A stretch of DNA of 63,600 bases, taken from positions 1-63,600 of the IMG/VR virus record IMGVR_UViG_3300011430_000011. One strand, written 5' to 3'. Origin of the DNA: a virus. Its lineage: Duplodnaviria; Caudoviricetes. This document shows, piece by piece, positions 36,223 through 46,538 of this stretch. Position 1 is the first letter of the stretch; every line of letters starts with the position of its first letter. The notes under the pieces were generated by a model. It had not been told where the DNA came from. It did no database searches and saw nothing but the letters and a program-made list of their open reading frames with translations. The position numbers and the translations under genes were made by a program.

Positions 36223-36585
36223 CTAGACCTCCTCGTGCGGTTCGGTTCCGCTGTCCTCTGATCGGGACGATACGGTAAACAAGATTCTGTGAATGAGTTC
36301 GTCTACAGTGTCATCGATATGCTCGACACTGAGATCAGCTCTGGACTCCCACTCGTTGATCTCTTCTATGATCTTATCTTTGTCGAAGTCAGGGCTAAAG
36401 AAGATCTGGTCAGTTACTCCGAAGGTCGGTAGGGTTAGTCTAAACCCTCTCTTGTACCTCAGCACCAGTTCAACGCAGGAGAAGATGTCATCCTCTGAGT
36501 CTTGCTCAGCCACAGCAGCTACAATCTGTCCACCGCCGAATGCTCTGAACTTGAAGGGCAGTGTGAAGTGCGGAATATCAGTCAT
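36223..36585 (-). CDS. gp25/gpW-like baseplate protein
   Basis: G.R...P.FG; I..WE.R. Confidence 0.8.
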   Translation of the reverse strand: MTDIPHFTLPFKFRAFGGGQIVAAVAEQDSEDDIFSCVELVLRYKRGFRLTLPTFGVTDQIFFSPDFDKDKIIEEINEWESRADLSVEHIDDTVDELIHRILFTVSSRSEDSGTEPHEEV

Positions 36586-36847
36586 CGAATGGCCACCACG
36601 AGATCACCCACCACTCTCCTCGGTTGCTTCTCATCGCTAATGCAGTGTCTCCTCTAGCTGGCAATGCCGTATCTGATCTTGCCTGCCAGCGACATGGCCC
36701 CCACTGTAGCGTATTTGAGAACTCCGGGATAGTGATGTAAATCCTCTCATCTTGGTCACCTGGATCGCTAGCAATGATTGCATGCCAGGCACCACCCTGC
36801 ACCTGCGGAGCTCTCTCCGCAAGTATATCGTCTCTAACCGAACTCAC
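36578..36847 (-). CDS. Short baseplate spike / OB-fold protein
   Basis: LP.RGD motif; position between hub and gp25-like gene. Confidence 0.65.
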   Translation of the reverse strand: MSSVRDDILAERAPQVQGGAWHAIIASDPGDQDERIYITIPEFSNTLQWGPCRWQARSDTALPARGDTALAMRSNRGEWWVISWWPFDD

Positions 36848-38925
36848 CCTACTTCCCCCTGTCCCTTATAGCTGCGCTCACCTAGCTTGAAGTAATCCTT
36901 GAGGTCAACTTCGTCCTTCAGGACCCTCACAGGATCAAGCATGTTCTCGTAGTCGTATCCACCCTCCTCAGTCTTCCAGACCTCGATGTGAGCATGAGTG
37001 CTTCCAGGAGCTTTGTCCCACTCAGAGACGTAACCAATAACAGTTCCCTGCAGAACTCTAGCACCTACTTTTCTCTCGGTAGGTTCAACATGTCTGAACA
37101 GCCAAACGATACCGTTGTCTTGCTTCATTGCAACAACGCCGCCAAAACTCTGACTTGTGTGATCTCCGCCACTGTCCTCAGATCGAATGATTGTACCACC
37201 AATCGGGGCAACAACAGGTGTCTTTGCAGGTGCATACCAGTCTTTACCAGCGTGATGATGACGACCAAAGTCATCGGGAGCTCCTTCTTCACCATCAAGC
37301 ATTGTGAATTCACTGACCTCGAGATTTCCGTCAGTCGGAAGAGGGGCAACATAGCCACTAGCCAATGCAGCCGTAGAAGCGCTCTGGTCTGTGCTCTCAC
37401 CGAACTCGTCAAATGCTTCAGCCTGCGTAGGCTCAGGCAAGATTGGTCTTGGCTTCTTCATAGTGATCGTCGCTATCGGACTGAAGAGAGATCTTTTGAT
37501 TGTTGTCACCAGCCATCGACCTCTCAGTACACCGATGTCATCGATCTGCACTATGCTGCCGGGTGGTGCTGCCCAGCGCTTGGCGAATGCAGTCACTGTA
37601 ACCTCAGCATTTGCCTGACCAATTTCGTATCTGAAGTTGAGACTGATGATGGACTCATCGTATTCGTCCTTGATCACCAATCTTGGTCTGCTCTTGAACA
37701 GGAAGGGCTCACTGACGTAGTAGAAGTCTCCGTTTACGATGAAGCGTCTCCAGTTCACTTCATCAGCCATCCGCCCAGAAGCTGACCAAGTGTCCTCTCT
37801 CTTTACCTTCTGACGACCAGTCTGACCTTGCGAGAACTGTCCTCTCGTGAACTGATAGTCAGCTCCAGCTGCTCCTCCTAGGAAGAGAGTTCCATCTTCA
37901 GCTACCAACACACCCTGGCTATTCTCGGTCTGACTTGAGGTCTCACCGTCTGACCCAGCTACACCGAAATTCTTTACTGTATGATTCGCCTCAGTCAACC
38001 ATTGTTGGTAGGCTTCTGGGAAAGCTGATCTCTGAACCGACTGGCAGAGATCTCCATATTGAGCCCACGGTGACTGCAAATCAGCATCCTTAGCCGCATC
38101 ATAGAACTTACCAGCTGCGTATTCAGGACGCATTCTTTCAGCTTTTGTCCCCCAGCTCGAGCGCTGTTGAAAGAGTCCTACGCTATCTAGATCGCCGTGA
38201 TCAAGGTTACGAGCATTACTCTCCACTGTGATCGTCATGACGGCACAGACAAGGAGTTTGCGTCTGACCTTCATTGCCACGCCAACATTGAGGACTCTTG
38301 AGATCATCTCCATTTGCTCTCGGTCTGCTGGAACATTCTTCACAGTTACGCGAGCATTAGCTCGGTCATGAGCGTCTGCGAATCCTGGCTTCCTGTTCAG
38401 GTCGGCAGCAATGTCAGTAGAAGTGTCCGTTCCGATAGGTTTGAGAAGCCCTATCTCTGGACAAATGAAGTCAATCTTGACTTCTTTAACCTCTCTGACC
38501 ATGTCACGAATGAACTTAGCTCTAGTGGTTTTGCCCCACACTGCTGTCTTAGGCTTGTTATACTTTCGAAGAATGTATACTTCACGATCCTCCCAGATGA
38601 GAGTCACGAAGTCGCCACTCTTGTCTACACCGACAAGGGCGAACCAGAGCCCGTCGAGCTCGGTATACACATCAGAGGCGAGATAAGGACTGTTGATTAA
38701 CACTCGATCACGATCAAGCGCGGTAATGGATAGAGTGCTCGCACCTTCACAAGTACGTTCCACAACTGCTTCAGTTATGGCCTCGATGATCCATTCACTC
38801 GCATAACCCTTCAAGGAAAGATTCAACGACTTCAAATCTACGTCGTTGATGATCGCATTGAGCTGACTCTCTTGCAACTTAGGTGCAGGAGTTCTAGGTG
38901 TTTTGGTCTTGTCTACAGCACTCAT
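36844..38925 (-). CDS. Baseplate hub with SLT-like and C-terminal M23 peptidase domains
   Basis: VES..NL..GD.DSVGLFQQR..WG; HAGKD...HAHIE. Confidence 0.85.
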   Translation of the reverse strand: MSAVDKTKTPRTPAPKLQESQLNAIINDVDLKSLNLSLKGYASEWIIEAITEAVVERTCEGASTLSITALDRDRVLINSPYLASDVYTELDGLWFALVGVDKSGDFVTLIWEDREVYILRKYNKPKTAVWGKTTRAKFIRDMVREVKEVKIDFICPEIGLLKPIGTDTSTDIAADLNRKPGFADAHDRANARVTVKNVPADREQMEMISRVLNVGVAMKVRRKLLVCAVMTITVESNARNLDHGDLDSVGLFQQRSSWGTKAERMRPEYAAGKFYDAAKDADLQSPWAQYGDLCQSVQRSAFPEAYQQWLTEANHTVKNFGVAGSDGETSSQTENSQGVLVAEDGTLFLGGAAGADYQFTRGQFSQGQTGRQKVKREDTWSASGRMADEVNWRRFIVNGDFYYVSEPFLFKSRPRLVIKDEYDESIISLNFRYEIGQANAEVTVTAFAKRWAAPPGSIVQIDDIGVLRGRWLVTTIKRSLFSPIATITMKKPRPILPEPTQAEAFDEFGESTDQSASTAALASGYVAPLPTDGNLEVSEFTMLDGEEGAPDDFGRHHHAGKDWYAPAKTPVVAPIGGTIIRSEDSGGDHTSQSFGGVVAMKQDNGIVWLFRHVEPTERKVGARVLQGTVIGYVSEWDKAPGSTHAHIEVWKTEEGGYDYENMLDPVRVLKDEVDLKDYFKLGERSYKGQGEVG

Positions 38926-39581
38926 GGAAGCCTGATCCTTCTGTTCGCCAGGCTCTTGCTAGGATCACGAATGTCATTGAGTTCACCAATCTCAGCCCAG
39001 CGTGAGATGTCACCTAGCTGTGTAGCAGCGATGCTGGCGAGTGTATCACTCGCTTTTGCTACATAGATTCTCTTGCCAGACTTTGCCTCTACTACACGAC
39101 CATTCATCGTAGTAGAACGAGCTCTAGCAGAGGCTTTCTGCTCCCTCAAACGGTCTTCTTTGTTGTATCGGATCAGTGTGACAGTTGCAACTTGTCGCAA
39201 CCTTCGTCCTGACCCGTTTCTGATCGCTTCTCCCCAGGCAATATTCTCTACTACCCAGGGAAGCCCCGGACGAGGAATCTGGACCCCAGTCACCTTCACC
39301 ACAGGAGGCTCTTCACTCTCGTTTGGAGGCAATGCAAGCCGCTCAAGAGAGCTACACAGAATCTCGATTGGATCAAGCTTCTTAAGACCATCGAAGATGA
39401 TGTCGAGAGTCATCGTAAACGGAGGACGACCTGTCCAGAGTGTAACTCCCTGACGACGAGGTCTCTCAACTATCTCCCAACCACCGTAACCGTCAGTGAT
39501 TCGAGCACCGTCAGGACCGAGCAGCCCAGTTACAGAGATAACCGGGTCTTCAGACCTGATCGTTACCTGTGAGGGCTTCAA
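38922..39581 (-). CDS. Tube initiator with C-terminal LysM
   Basis: Y.....DTL.SIA...LGD..RW.EI..LN.I.DP......IRLP. Confidence 0.85.
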   Translation of the reverse strand: MKPSQVTIRSEDPVISVTGLLGPDGARITDGYGGWEIVERPRRQGVTLWTGRPPFTMTLDIIFDGLKKLDPIEILCSSLERLALPPNESEEPPVVKVTGVQIPRPGLPWVVENIAWGEAIRNGSGRRLRQVATVTLIRYNKEDRLREQKASARARSTTMNGRVVEAKSGKRIYVAKASDTLASIAATQLGDISRWAEIGELNDIRDPSKSLANRRIRLP

Positions 39582-41626
39582 TCTCTTGCTCTCTTAGAGA
39601 GTTTGATCTTGGCAACAGCTTCAGCCAATACTCCTGAGTCTAGCATCACCTGTACCGGCGCTGGAATCTCAATAGAAAACTCACCTAGCCCTGACATGCT
39701 CGGGGAAGAATCCAAAGGCACCACAGTAGCGCCACGCGGCATCCACATCATCTCTGGCCCTTGCTCACCTACCATACCCCATCCTGACCAGGGCATCACT
39801 CCACCCTTAGCGAAATGAGGGACTGTAATCAACCCAGACCAGAAATTATCCTCTCCTGGAGCAACGCGCTGTCCACCAGTTATCTGTCTAGCTGCCCATG
39901 ATGGAATACTCTTGATTTTGTCAAGATTCCTGATGATGAAGGCAAGCGCATCGGCAGCAAGAATGATTGGTCTAAACATTGGAATCAGGGCAAGCGCGAT
40001 GGTGTGCCAGTTATCCCTGATGAAGTTGAATGTCCTGTTCACCAGGTTATGGAAAGCTTCCCACTTGAAGTACAAGATTGTAAGAGCTGCAATTGCCAGG
40101 ATGGCCCAGCCAACTGGATTCGTCAAGAAGAATGATAGGACAGCCATCGCAAGAAGCCTAAACGCAGCAGTAAGTCCAAACAATTCAGCTGTCAGCGCGA
40201 ATGCCCCTACGCGCGCCAAACCGAACTTAATCGCGAGTAGTGTCAACGATCTTACCACTGCCCCTCTGATCAGGATAACCATTACCCTCAGAACTCTGAT
40301 TACTCTGGTTACATTCGGGAACAGCAACACAAGTGCTGCTCTTAGCCCTCCGGCTGCTAGAAGAATTCTTGCAAGTGTGATCGTCCCTGTGATCAAACCA
40401 AGAGTAAACATAGCTAACGAGAAAGTTCTGGCTGCAACAGCTGCTGTGAGAAGAGACATTCTTGTCAGAGTGAGATATATGATCAGACCAGCCAGTGCGT
40501 ACCTCAAGATCGTAGTGTGATTAGCCGCAAAATCAAGAGTGTAGGCCAGTAGCAGGAACAGCGGTATCAGCACAGGACCGAGGACTCTCCAGGCAATCGT
40601 GAATGCAGGAATGATCGTCTCTGTAAACAGAACAGCCATTGCTCTACCCGAGATCATCAGGAACATCCATGTTGCTAGCAACCGACCGCTTGCACCGACA
40701 ATGCCATCGAGTGTTGTAATCATTGCAGTGAAGCCTTTACGCTGCATCGTTTCGTCTAGGACCACTAGAGCATCGTTGGTCGCCTCGAGCTTGGTACCAA
40801 AGATCTCAAATGGTCTAGTTAGGATGCGCCCGAACAAACGACTGATGTAGTCCTGGAATGTGGTGAGTCTACCCTGCGCCGTTTGTTGCAGAGCCTCAGC
40901 TGCTCCTGTAAATCTCGGGTCGAGGCTGATACCTCTGACAATTGCCTCGATTGCAACGTCAGCACCTAATCCCAAGCGTCCTATGTTTTGCAGTTGAGCG
41001 TCAGTGAGTCCAAAGGCTCTACGCAGATATTCAGTGGCGTTCACACCAGCCTCGAAGAGCTGGTTGAGTTCCTGCTGCATCACCCGACCCTTAGCTCGCA
41101 TCTGGCCGAATGCCCTGACGATACGCTCGATCACTGTGGTGTCTCCACCAAAACCAGCCACAATATCTGAGAAGGTTGCCAGGTACCTGTTGGTCTGGTC
41201 TAGCGAGAATCCGTAGTTAAGAAGCTTCCTCGCAGCGTCTTGCACACCAGGAAAGTCGAACGGTGTCTTAGCAGCGAGCTCAAAGAGATACTCGAGCTCC
41301 TGAACCGCAGCTTGCTCACTGCCGAGCAGCACGCGGAAGGAGACTCGAGCAGTCTCCATCATCATGTTGAATCTGAATCCAAGGAATCCGACCGCAACAG
41401 CGGCTGCCCCGATCGCGAGTGTGAAGCCGTACACCAGACGACGAACTGTGAAGAGAGCCTGGTTCATCAGCCAGGTACGACGAGTGGTCTCCGCTTGTGA
41501 GTCGCCTAGCTTCTTGGTTGAGTCATCAATCCTGTCCACAGATTTGGCGGCGGCAGCAGCATCAGCCTGGAATTTTCGGCGATTCTGCAACTCAAGACGG
41601 ATGATTGCCCACTCATCGGCTGACAT
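39578..41626 (-). CDS. Tape measure protein
   Basis: A.KTPF; NPVGW; FAKGG...VGEQGPE. Confidence 0.92.
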   Translation of the reverse strand: MSADEWAIIRLELQNRRKFQADAAAAAKSVDRIDDSTKKLGDSQAETTRRTWLMNQALFTVRRLVYGFTLAIGAAAVAVGFLGFRFNMMMETARVSFRVLLGSEQAAVQELEYLFELAAKTPFDFPGVQDAARKLLNYGFSLDQTNRYLATFSDIVAGFGGDTTVIERIVRAFGQMRAKGRVMQQELNQLFEAGVNATEYLRRAFGLTDAQLQNIGRLGLGADVAIEAIVRGISLDPRFTGAAEALQQTAQGRLTTFQDYISRLFGRILTRPFEIFGTKLEATNDALVVLDETMQRKGFTAMITTLDGIVGASGRLLATWMFLMISGRAMAVLFTETIIPAFTIAWRVLGPVLIPLFLLLAYTLDFAANHTTILRYALAGLIIYLTLTRMSLLTAAVAARTFSLAMFTLGLITGTITLARILLAAGGLRAALVLLFPNVTRVIRVLRVMVILIRGAVVRSLTLLAIKFGLARVGAFALTAELFGLTAAFRLLAMAVLSFFLTNPVGWAILAIAALTILYFKWEAFHNLVNRTFNFIRDNWHTIALALIPMFRPIILAADALAFIIRNLDKIKSIPSWAARQITGGQRVAPGEDNFWSGLITVPHFAKGGVMPWSGWGMVGEQGPEMMWMPRGATVVPLDSSPSMSGLGEFSIEIPAPVQVMLDSGVLAEAVAKIKLSKRARD

Positions 41627-41839
41627 CTATTTCTTCACAGCTCCCCAGATTGCATTGGCTATTTGACGAGCTCGATTCTGATCCAGTCTCTGGGACAACG
41701 ATGAGACACGAACGGCGACTGCTTGCATAGCCAGCCGCCGGTCGGAATCTGTGGTTGTTAGGAACTCAATCGGATCCATCCCGGCTAGAGCTACCTGAGC
41801 AGCCACTTCAATCTCATCGCGTCCCTCTAGGATTCCCCC
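41627..41839 (-). CDS. Tail assembly chaperone -1 frameshift extension (gpGT-like)
   Basis: G_GGG_GAA at 41839-41833; -1 frame open to TAG 41627, abutting the tape measure ATG. Confidence 0.8.
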   Translation of the reverse strand, partial: GGILEGRDEIEVAAQVALAGMDPIEFLTTTDSDRRLAMQAVAVRVSSLSQRLDQNRARQIANAIWGAVKK

Positions 41840-42375
41840 AGGAGATCCTCATCGGCTTCTCGGCTCGTATTCATGAACCATCGCTGCAATCTCATCGCAT
41901 GTCCTGCGATGGCTGCGTCGTTGTCGCCGAATAGTCCGAACACAACCTTGCGAGCTGAGTCGGCCGAGAAGCCGAGAAACTCAGCAAGAGCTGGTTCGTA
42001 CTTCAGAGGGAATCCCTGACGGTTTGGATCGAATGGGACATATGCCCCTTCACGCTCGAGATAGAGTCCCTCGCACGCCTCTATGAAAGTATCGACAGCA
42101 GTAAACATACCTCTGTCGACCTTATTCTTGACTTGACGCCTGACCTTCTCAGCGATGCGATCCATCTCTTTACTGTCGAGCAGCTTGTACTGGCAAACGA
42201 GACCTAGATCCTCATAGCCAGTGATCGAGATGTAAGCCGATCTGTTTTCGAACAGCTCCTTACGACGCTGACGGAGCTGCTCGAGCAGGTTCTGGTCTAT
42301 GACCTCGTCCTGCTCGAGCGCCACCGATGGCTCTTCGAGCAAGGCATCTCTTGTTTCTTCATCAATCTCTTGCAT
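41827..42375 (-). CDS. Tail assembly chaperone (gpG-like)
   Basis: Between tube and tape measure; slippery site at 3' end. Confidence 0.85.
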   Translation of the reverse strand: MQEIDEETRDALLEEPSVALEQDEVIDQNLLEQLRQRRKELFENRSAYISITGYEDLGLVCQYKLLDSKEMDRIAEKVRRQVKNKVDRGMFTAVDTFIEACEGLYLEREGAYVPFDPNRQGFPLKYEPALAEFLGFSADSARKVVFGLFGDNDAAIAGHAMRLQRWFMNTSREADEDLLGES

Positions 42376-42398
42376 GTTCGCTCCCTCCTATTACTTGT

Positions 42399-42842
42399 TT
42401 AGACTACGACCGGATCGTTGGTCGGTGAAATCACCAGCTCGATGAATGCGGGATCATTCGACTCTGAGTCATGTTCCGGAGGAGTCGTGGTCTTCAGCTT
42501 CCCGCGCCAGACGATCGGGCTTCCGAACACATTCCCATCAACATCCAAGATGAACTGAGATACGATACACTCAGCTCGCCCTGTCCAATTGATGAGATTC
42601 TGGAACCGAAGGTGATCACGCTCGTGACGGTAGAGCCTAGTGAGTGTGACATCCTCGATGTTCCTGGTACCACCGAGAGACACTTGAGCAGCCATCCCTC
42701 CGGGCTTGTACTTGTAGTCCTCTGAGTCAACAGAACCACCCGTCTTCTTGTCCCAGACTCCGTAGTCCTTCCAGACATTGTTCGCAGGGTCCTGGAGCAT
42801 CAGAGTGATCCGCTGAGTGTCTTGACGAGTCGGGCCAGCCAT
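42399..42842 (-). CDS. Tail tube protein
   Basis: Follows sheath; gp19-like pattern VTL.R, W.G. Confidence 0.8.
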   Translation of the reverse strand: MAGPTRQDTQRITLMLQDPANNVWKDYGVWDKKTGGSVDSEDYKYKPGGMAAQVSLGGTRNIEDVTLTRLYRHERDHLRFQNLINWTGRAECIVSQFILDVDGNVFGSPIVWRGKLKTTTPPEHDSESNDPAFIELVISPTNDPVVV

Positions 42843-42844
42843 GA

Positions 42845-44296
42845 CTAGACCACCGCCTCATTGATTGCACGCTTCACGATGATGAGTTCGATGTACTCAG
42901 CAAACGGTGACATCCTCACAGAGATCACCGCATGCAACTCATTGTTCGCTAGCGTTGCTGGAGTGTTGACCTGAGCTCCCACATCGACATAGAATGCCTG
43001 ATCAGGAGTCTCACCGAACAGCGATCCCTGTTGGTAGTAGTCTGTAAGGAGCCCAACAAGTGCTCCCTTGAGCTCGTTGATCGTGTAGTTACGACCATCA
43101 ATCTCTCTGAACAAGAACGACTCGAGGATATCACCAGCCTCGGCTGTGATCGCCATTCTCAGACGAGAGTTGCCGAAGTTCTTCCAAGCCGGGTTTGCGA
43201 CTGAGTCGACGAGAGAGCGCCAGCCGTAAGCTCTGATGCCACCGAAGATTGTCCTGATGACATCAATGCCTGCTGTGTTGAGCTGATCACGAACTTGAGC
43301 ACTCGGGGTGTTTGGCCCCTCGACACTAAGTCCAACGCAGTACAGTGACTCTCCATTTTGTCCAGCTGCCGGTACGTTGGCTGAGTTCTGAGCATCACTG
43401 CGTGCAATCAAACCAGCGATCAGAGCAGACGGAGGAACGATTCTGTAAGTCCCTGAAGTCAGACCAGGGATTCTGACCCACGGCCACCACATCGATCCGA
43501 AGTCACCGTTGCTCCTGGCAGCAACAGCGTCTGCAAGAATGGTTGCTGTTGTAGAAGTATCGGTTGCATCAAGCAAGGACACACGGTTGTTGTTCATCGC
43601 GTGAGCGTTCAGCTGGACGTAACCGACATCAGTGACCCTGCCGGGTGCTGCGACCTGACCAGGACCGAGATCAGCGGTGAAACGATCAAGTGCTGCTAGC
43701 CAGTTCGAGTCGACGATGCTAGCTCTATCGTCGCTTCCTGCTGAAAGCACACCAGTTTGCACTCGAGGGTTCTCAGGAGAAACACCTAGTGTAAATCTGA
43801 TCCAGCTCGAGTTAGCAGCCCAAGCAATTGCGTCTGCCTGCGTAGCTAGATCTGGTGAAGTCTCGACTATGACCGCCGATACGGTGATCTGAACTCTGAA
43901 GCCAGCAACCAGAGGCGCGATGATGTCGACCGTGATTGTGCTGCTGTACGCTCCTGGACCTAGAGCCGTTGCTGTGAGAGAGACATCGGTGCCTGTGCTA
44001 CCAGCGGCGTCATAAATATCCTTGAAACCGATCGAAGCGGCAGGGCCGACAACTCTACTGAGGTATGCCTCGTTCCCTCCCTCACGGAAGTAGAGCTCGA
44101 TTGCATCGTACAACATTCCGTACGAGACTCTCGCTCCAAACTTGCTTGTGTACTCTGAAAGGCTTCTGATCAGCTCAGCTGATAGTGGACCCTTCTCGGT
44201 GAGGCCAACGACAAAGAACACCCCTGTGTCCGTCGGAGAACTTCTCGGCGGAGGAGTAGTCTGAGTGATGACCTTTGTTCCTGGACGATACGACAT
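42845..44296 (-). CDS. Tail sheath protein
   Basis: PG..V; G.TEKGP; PPS...AG; PAG; G.RSL; AFYVD...N; AEYI. Confidence 0.93.
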   Translation of the reverse strand: MSYRPGTKVITQTTPPPRSSPTDTGVFFVVGLTEKGPLSAELIRSLSEYTSKFGARVSYGMLYDAIELYFREGGNEAYLSRVVGPAASIGFKDIYDAAGSTGTDVSLTATALGPGAYSSTITVDIIAPLVAGFRVQITVSAVIVETSPDLATQADAIAWAANSSWIRFTLGVSPENPRVQTGVLSAGSDDRASIVDSNWLAALDRFTADLGPGQVAAPGRVTDVGYVQLNAHAMNNNRVSLLDATDTSTTATILADAVAARSNGDFGSMWWPWVRIPGLTSGTYRIVPPSALIAGLIARSDAQNSANVPAAGQNGESLYCVGLSVEGPNTPSAQVRDQLNTAGIDVIRTIFGGIRAYGWRSLVDSVANPAWKNFGNSRLRMAITAEAGDILESFLFREIDGRNYTINELKGALVGLLTDYYQQGSLFGETPDQAFYVDVGAQVNTPATLANNELHAVISVRMSPFAEYIELIIVKRAINEAVV

Positions 44297-44469
44297 CAGT
44301 CCTCCTTACCACGGGTCGGGACCTTGATCAACTTACCATCTTCGATCAGACCCTTGTTGTGGCTGTCCTTCTGATCCTCTGCTGAGAGATCAGCGAACTC
44401 ACCGACTCCGACCACACCGCCGTCGGCGAGGTTCTCGGGGTGATCTCCTACATTCCTGAACTTATCCAC
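44296..44469 (-). CDS. Small pre-sheath protein
   Basis: GGGAGG RBS; TGATG overlap with sheath. Confidence 0.65.
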   Translation of the reverse strand: MDKFRNVGDHPENLADGGVVGVGEFADLSAEDQKDSHNKGLIEDGKLIKVPTRGKED

Positions 44470-44480
44470 TAACCCTCCCT

Positions 44481-45122
44481 TCATACCTCGTCGACCTTCT
44501 CGACAAGAACTGAGCCACTCTCAAACTCTTCCCAGCTCGAGCCGGGTTGGGTGTCAGGATCGGCGGGTGAAGTTGGACCGCCGTACCTGTTGACAACTTC
44601 GTGGACCATCACACTGAAGAGCTGTAGCCCAGCGAAGAGCGACCGCTCCAAGTCCCCGGTGACGTCAGGGTATTGCTCGTCGTACCACTGAGTTCCCATG
44701 CCAAGAGGTTCAGCATCAGGATCAGCCCAGTCGCGGAGCGATTGCTTCTGCAACAGGATCATCCTGATAACTGGAAGATACACGTCCTTGACGATGAACT
44801 CTGCATCCTCTATTGTACTAGCTTCTACGACAATCCCAACATTTATTCGCCATTCGGCTCTGAGACCGCCCTCACCGTCTTGCAAGGGCTCGTCGACAAG
44901 TCCGTCACTAACGATGGCGATAAATGGAGTAGCGTGCTCAGGATTCTTGTCGTCCCAAGCGTTCACGATTTTGTATGATCTCGGTCTGGCATAGAATCCT
45001 TCTTCTTTTCCCAGACTGATCTCACGATCTCTGAGATAGGTCTCAAGCCAGTATTGAAGGGTTCCTTGGACAGCCCACTCAACAGTCCTGGCCGAGATAA
45101 CATTCCCGAAGATAGTGCTCAT
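44481..45122 (-). CDS. Tail terminator/completion protein
   Basis: Synteny. Confidence 0.6.
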   Translation of the reverse strand: MSTIFGNVISARTVEWAVQGTLQYWLETYLRDREISLGKEEGFYARPRSYKIVNAWDDKNPEHATPFIAIVSDGLVDEPLQDGEGGLRAEWRINVGIVVEASTIEDAEFIVKDVYLPVIRMILLQKQSLRDWADPDAEPLGMGTQWYDEQYPDVTGDLERSLFAGLQLFSVMVHEVVNRYGGPTSPADPDTQPGSSWEEFESGSVLVEKVDEV

Positions 45123-45616
45123 GGATTCCTTTTCGTTCTGGCTCTACCGGAATATTCCTTCTTCACAAACTTGGCAATCTTCTTTGCCCAGCGCTTCTTG
45201 TCTCCCTGGGTGAATGTGATCACCGGACGCTTAGGCATTCCATGAAGACCCTTAGCATGCATCTCAGCATACGGAACTTTGGTGCCAAAGCGGATTGTTC
45301 CCTCGAGTGGTCTGACATCTTGGATCATTTCAGGGTCACCACGATATGTAAGAGACCTGCGAAGTCTCTTTGTAGCATGCATTGTTCTTGCATCGAGACC
45401 CTTTGCTGCCTTCCTTCTTTGCCATCTCGGTGTTACCCTCTTCCAAGATCCTCCAGCGCGACGACCACCTGAGTTGAATACAGTCTCTTCAATCTCAGTG
45501 ATGTCGTCTACAATCTCGTCCAGTGGATCTTTCATTGACAGCATAGCGTCCCTGCCCATCTTGCGGAGATTGGCAGCGGACTGTTTGAATCCGAATGCTA
45601 CAAAGTGGACACTCAC
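45119..45616 (-). CDS. Virion morphogenesis protein (Mu gpG/HK97 gp10-like)
   Basis: T..LR.SL; GT.VPYA..H..G...MP.RP. Confidence 0.8.
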   Translation of the reverse strand: MSVHFVAFGFKQSAANLRKMGRDAMLSMKDPLDEIVDDITEIEETVFNSGGRRAGGSWKRVTPRWQRRKAAKGLDARTMHATKRLRRSLTYRGDPEMIQDVRPLEGTIRFGTKVPYAEMHAKGLHGMPKRPVITFTQGDKKRWAKKIAKFVKKEYSGRARTKRNP

Positions 45617-46071
45617 CAGATTAATTCCTTGGTCGGAGGGAAGGTACCAGTAGGCTTCGGAAGATGAGTCACAACATCTACTGTTCCATCTTCAGCTGCA
45701 TTGATCACAGCCAGGACTAGCGATCCTGGCTCTTCCCTCGTGCCTATCAGCTCTTCGTAGAGCTCTTTATACTCTGCGTACGCTGATTTCTGAGCTGCCA
45801 CCTGCTCGGGATAGAAGCTGAGTTCGATCATCATCGCAGTAAGGAGTGTCACTGCGTGCTTCGCTTCCGAAAAGAGGGCAGCGGGGATGTCATCTCCAAT
45901 AGACAGAAATACTGTCCCCGCTGCCTTCTCAATGATTCCCAGAACTTGCTGGTCAGTTGGACGAGTCTCCTCAGTGAATGTACCGAGTTCCTGTCCGCCT
46001 GTAGTGAATGTTCGGGCGCGCAGAAGATCTCCGACATCATCGATCCCTGGGGTGTACTCGCTGACCGGCAT
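45613..46071 (-). CDS. Head-tail adaptor
   Basis: T.PT..QV..II; synteny. Confidence 0.65.
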   Translation of the reverse strand: MPVSEYTPGIDDVGDLLRARTFTTGGQELGTFTEETRPTDQQVLGIIEKAAGTVFLSIGDDIPAALFSEAKHAVTLLTAMMIELSFYPEQVAAQKSAYAEYKELYEELIGTREEPGSLVLAVINAAEDGTVDVVTHLPKPTGTFPPTKELIW

Positions 46072-46075
46072 CTAA

Positions 46076-46528
46076 CTAGGCGTCGCCAACGATGGCTGTC
46101 AAGCCCTGAACAAGACCCTTACGAGGCTCATTCCCTGTTGCCTGGTTCTCAGCTTCGAGAACCTTCTTGGCCAGATCCTTGTCGTTGCCGACGTACTCGA
46201 GCAACTCGTTGATCGTCGGCTCATCGCCTTCGATCCACTCGGCCAGCTGAGCAATCGTCATCTCACCGATCGGCTCCTCGCTGGTTGGCTCGTTTAGGTC
46301 TAGTACCGCTGTGTCTACACCAGGGCGATTGACCTGCGCTTCGCCCTCTTTGTAGAACACATCGAACTCCTCAGCCCGAGCTCTGTCCTTCGGGATCAGA
46401 TCATCCCACTCGACCTGCTCACCACGACTGGCAACCATTCTTGTGTGGCTGACCTGGCCCTCGAGATACGGGTGAGGAACCACACGAGCGTACACGAATG
46501 CTCTGACCTTGACTGTCTTCAGTGACAT
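46076..46528 (-). CDS. Capsid-adjacent protein with C-terminal helical E...RK motif
   Basis: Directly after major capsid gene. Confidence 0.7.
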   Translation of the reverse strand: MSLKTVKVRAFVYARVVPHPYLEGQVSHTRMVASRGEQVEWDDLIPKDRARAEEFDVFYKEGEAQVNRPGVDTAVLDLNEPTSEEPIGEMTIAQLAEWIEGDEPTINELLEYVGNDKDLAKKVLEAENQATGNEPRKGLVQGLTAIVGDA

Positions 46529-46538
46529 GTCATCCTCC

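Noticed and set aside
36988-37785. Long + strand ORFs in the structural region (also 39912, 49597, 55775)
   Set aside because: Antisense shadows of well-supported minus-strand genes
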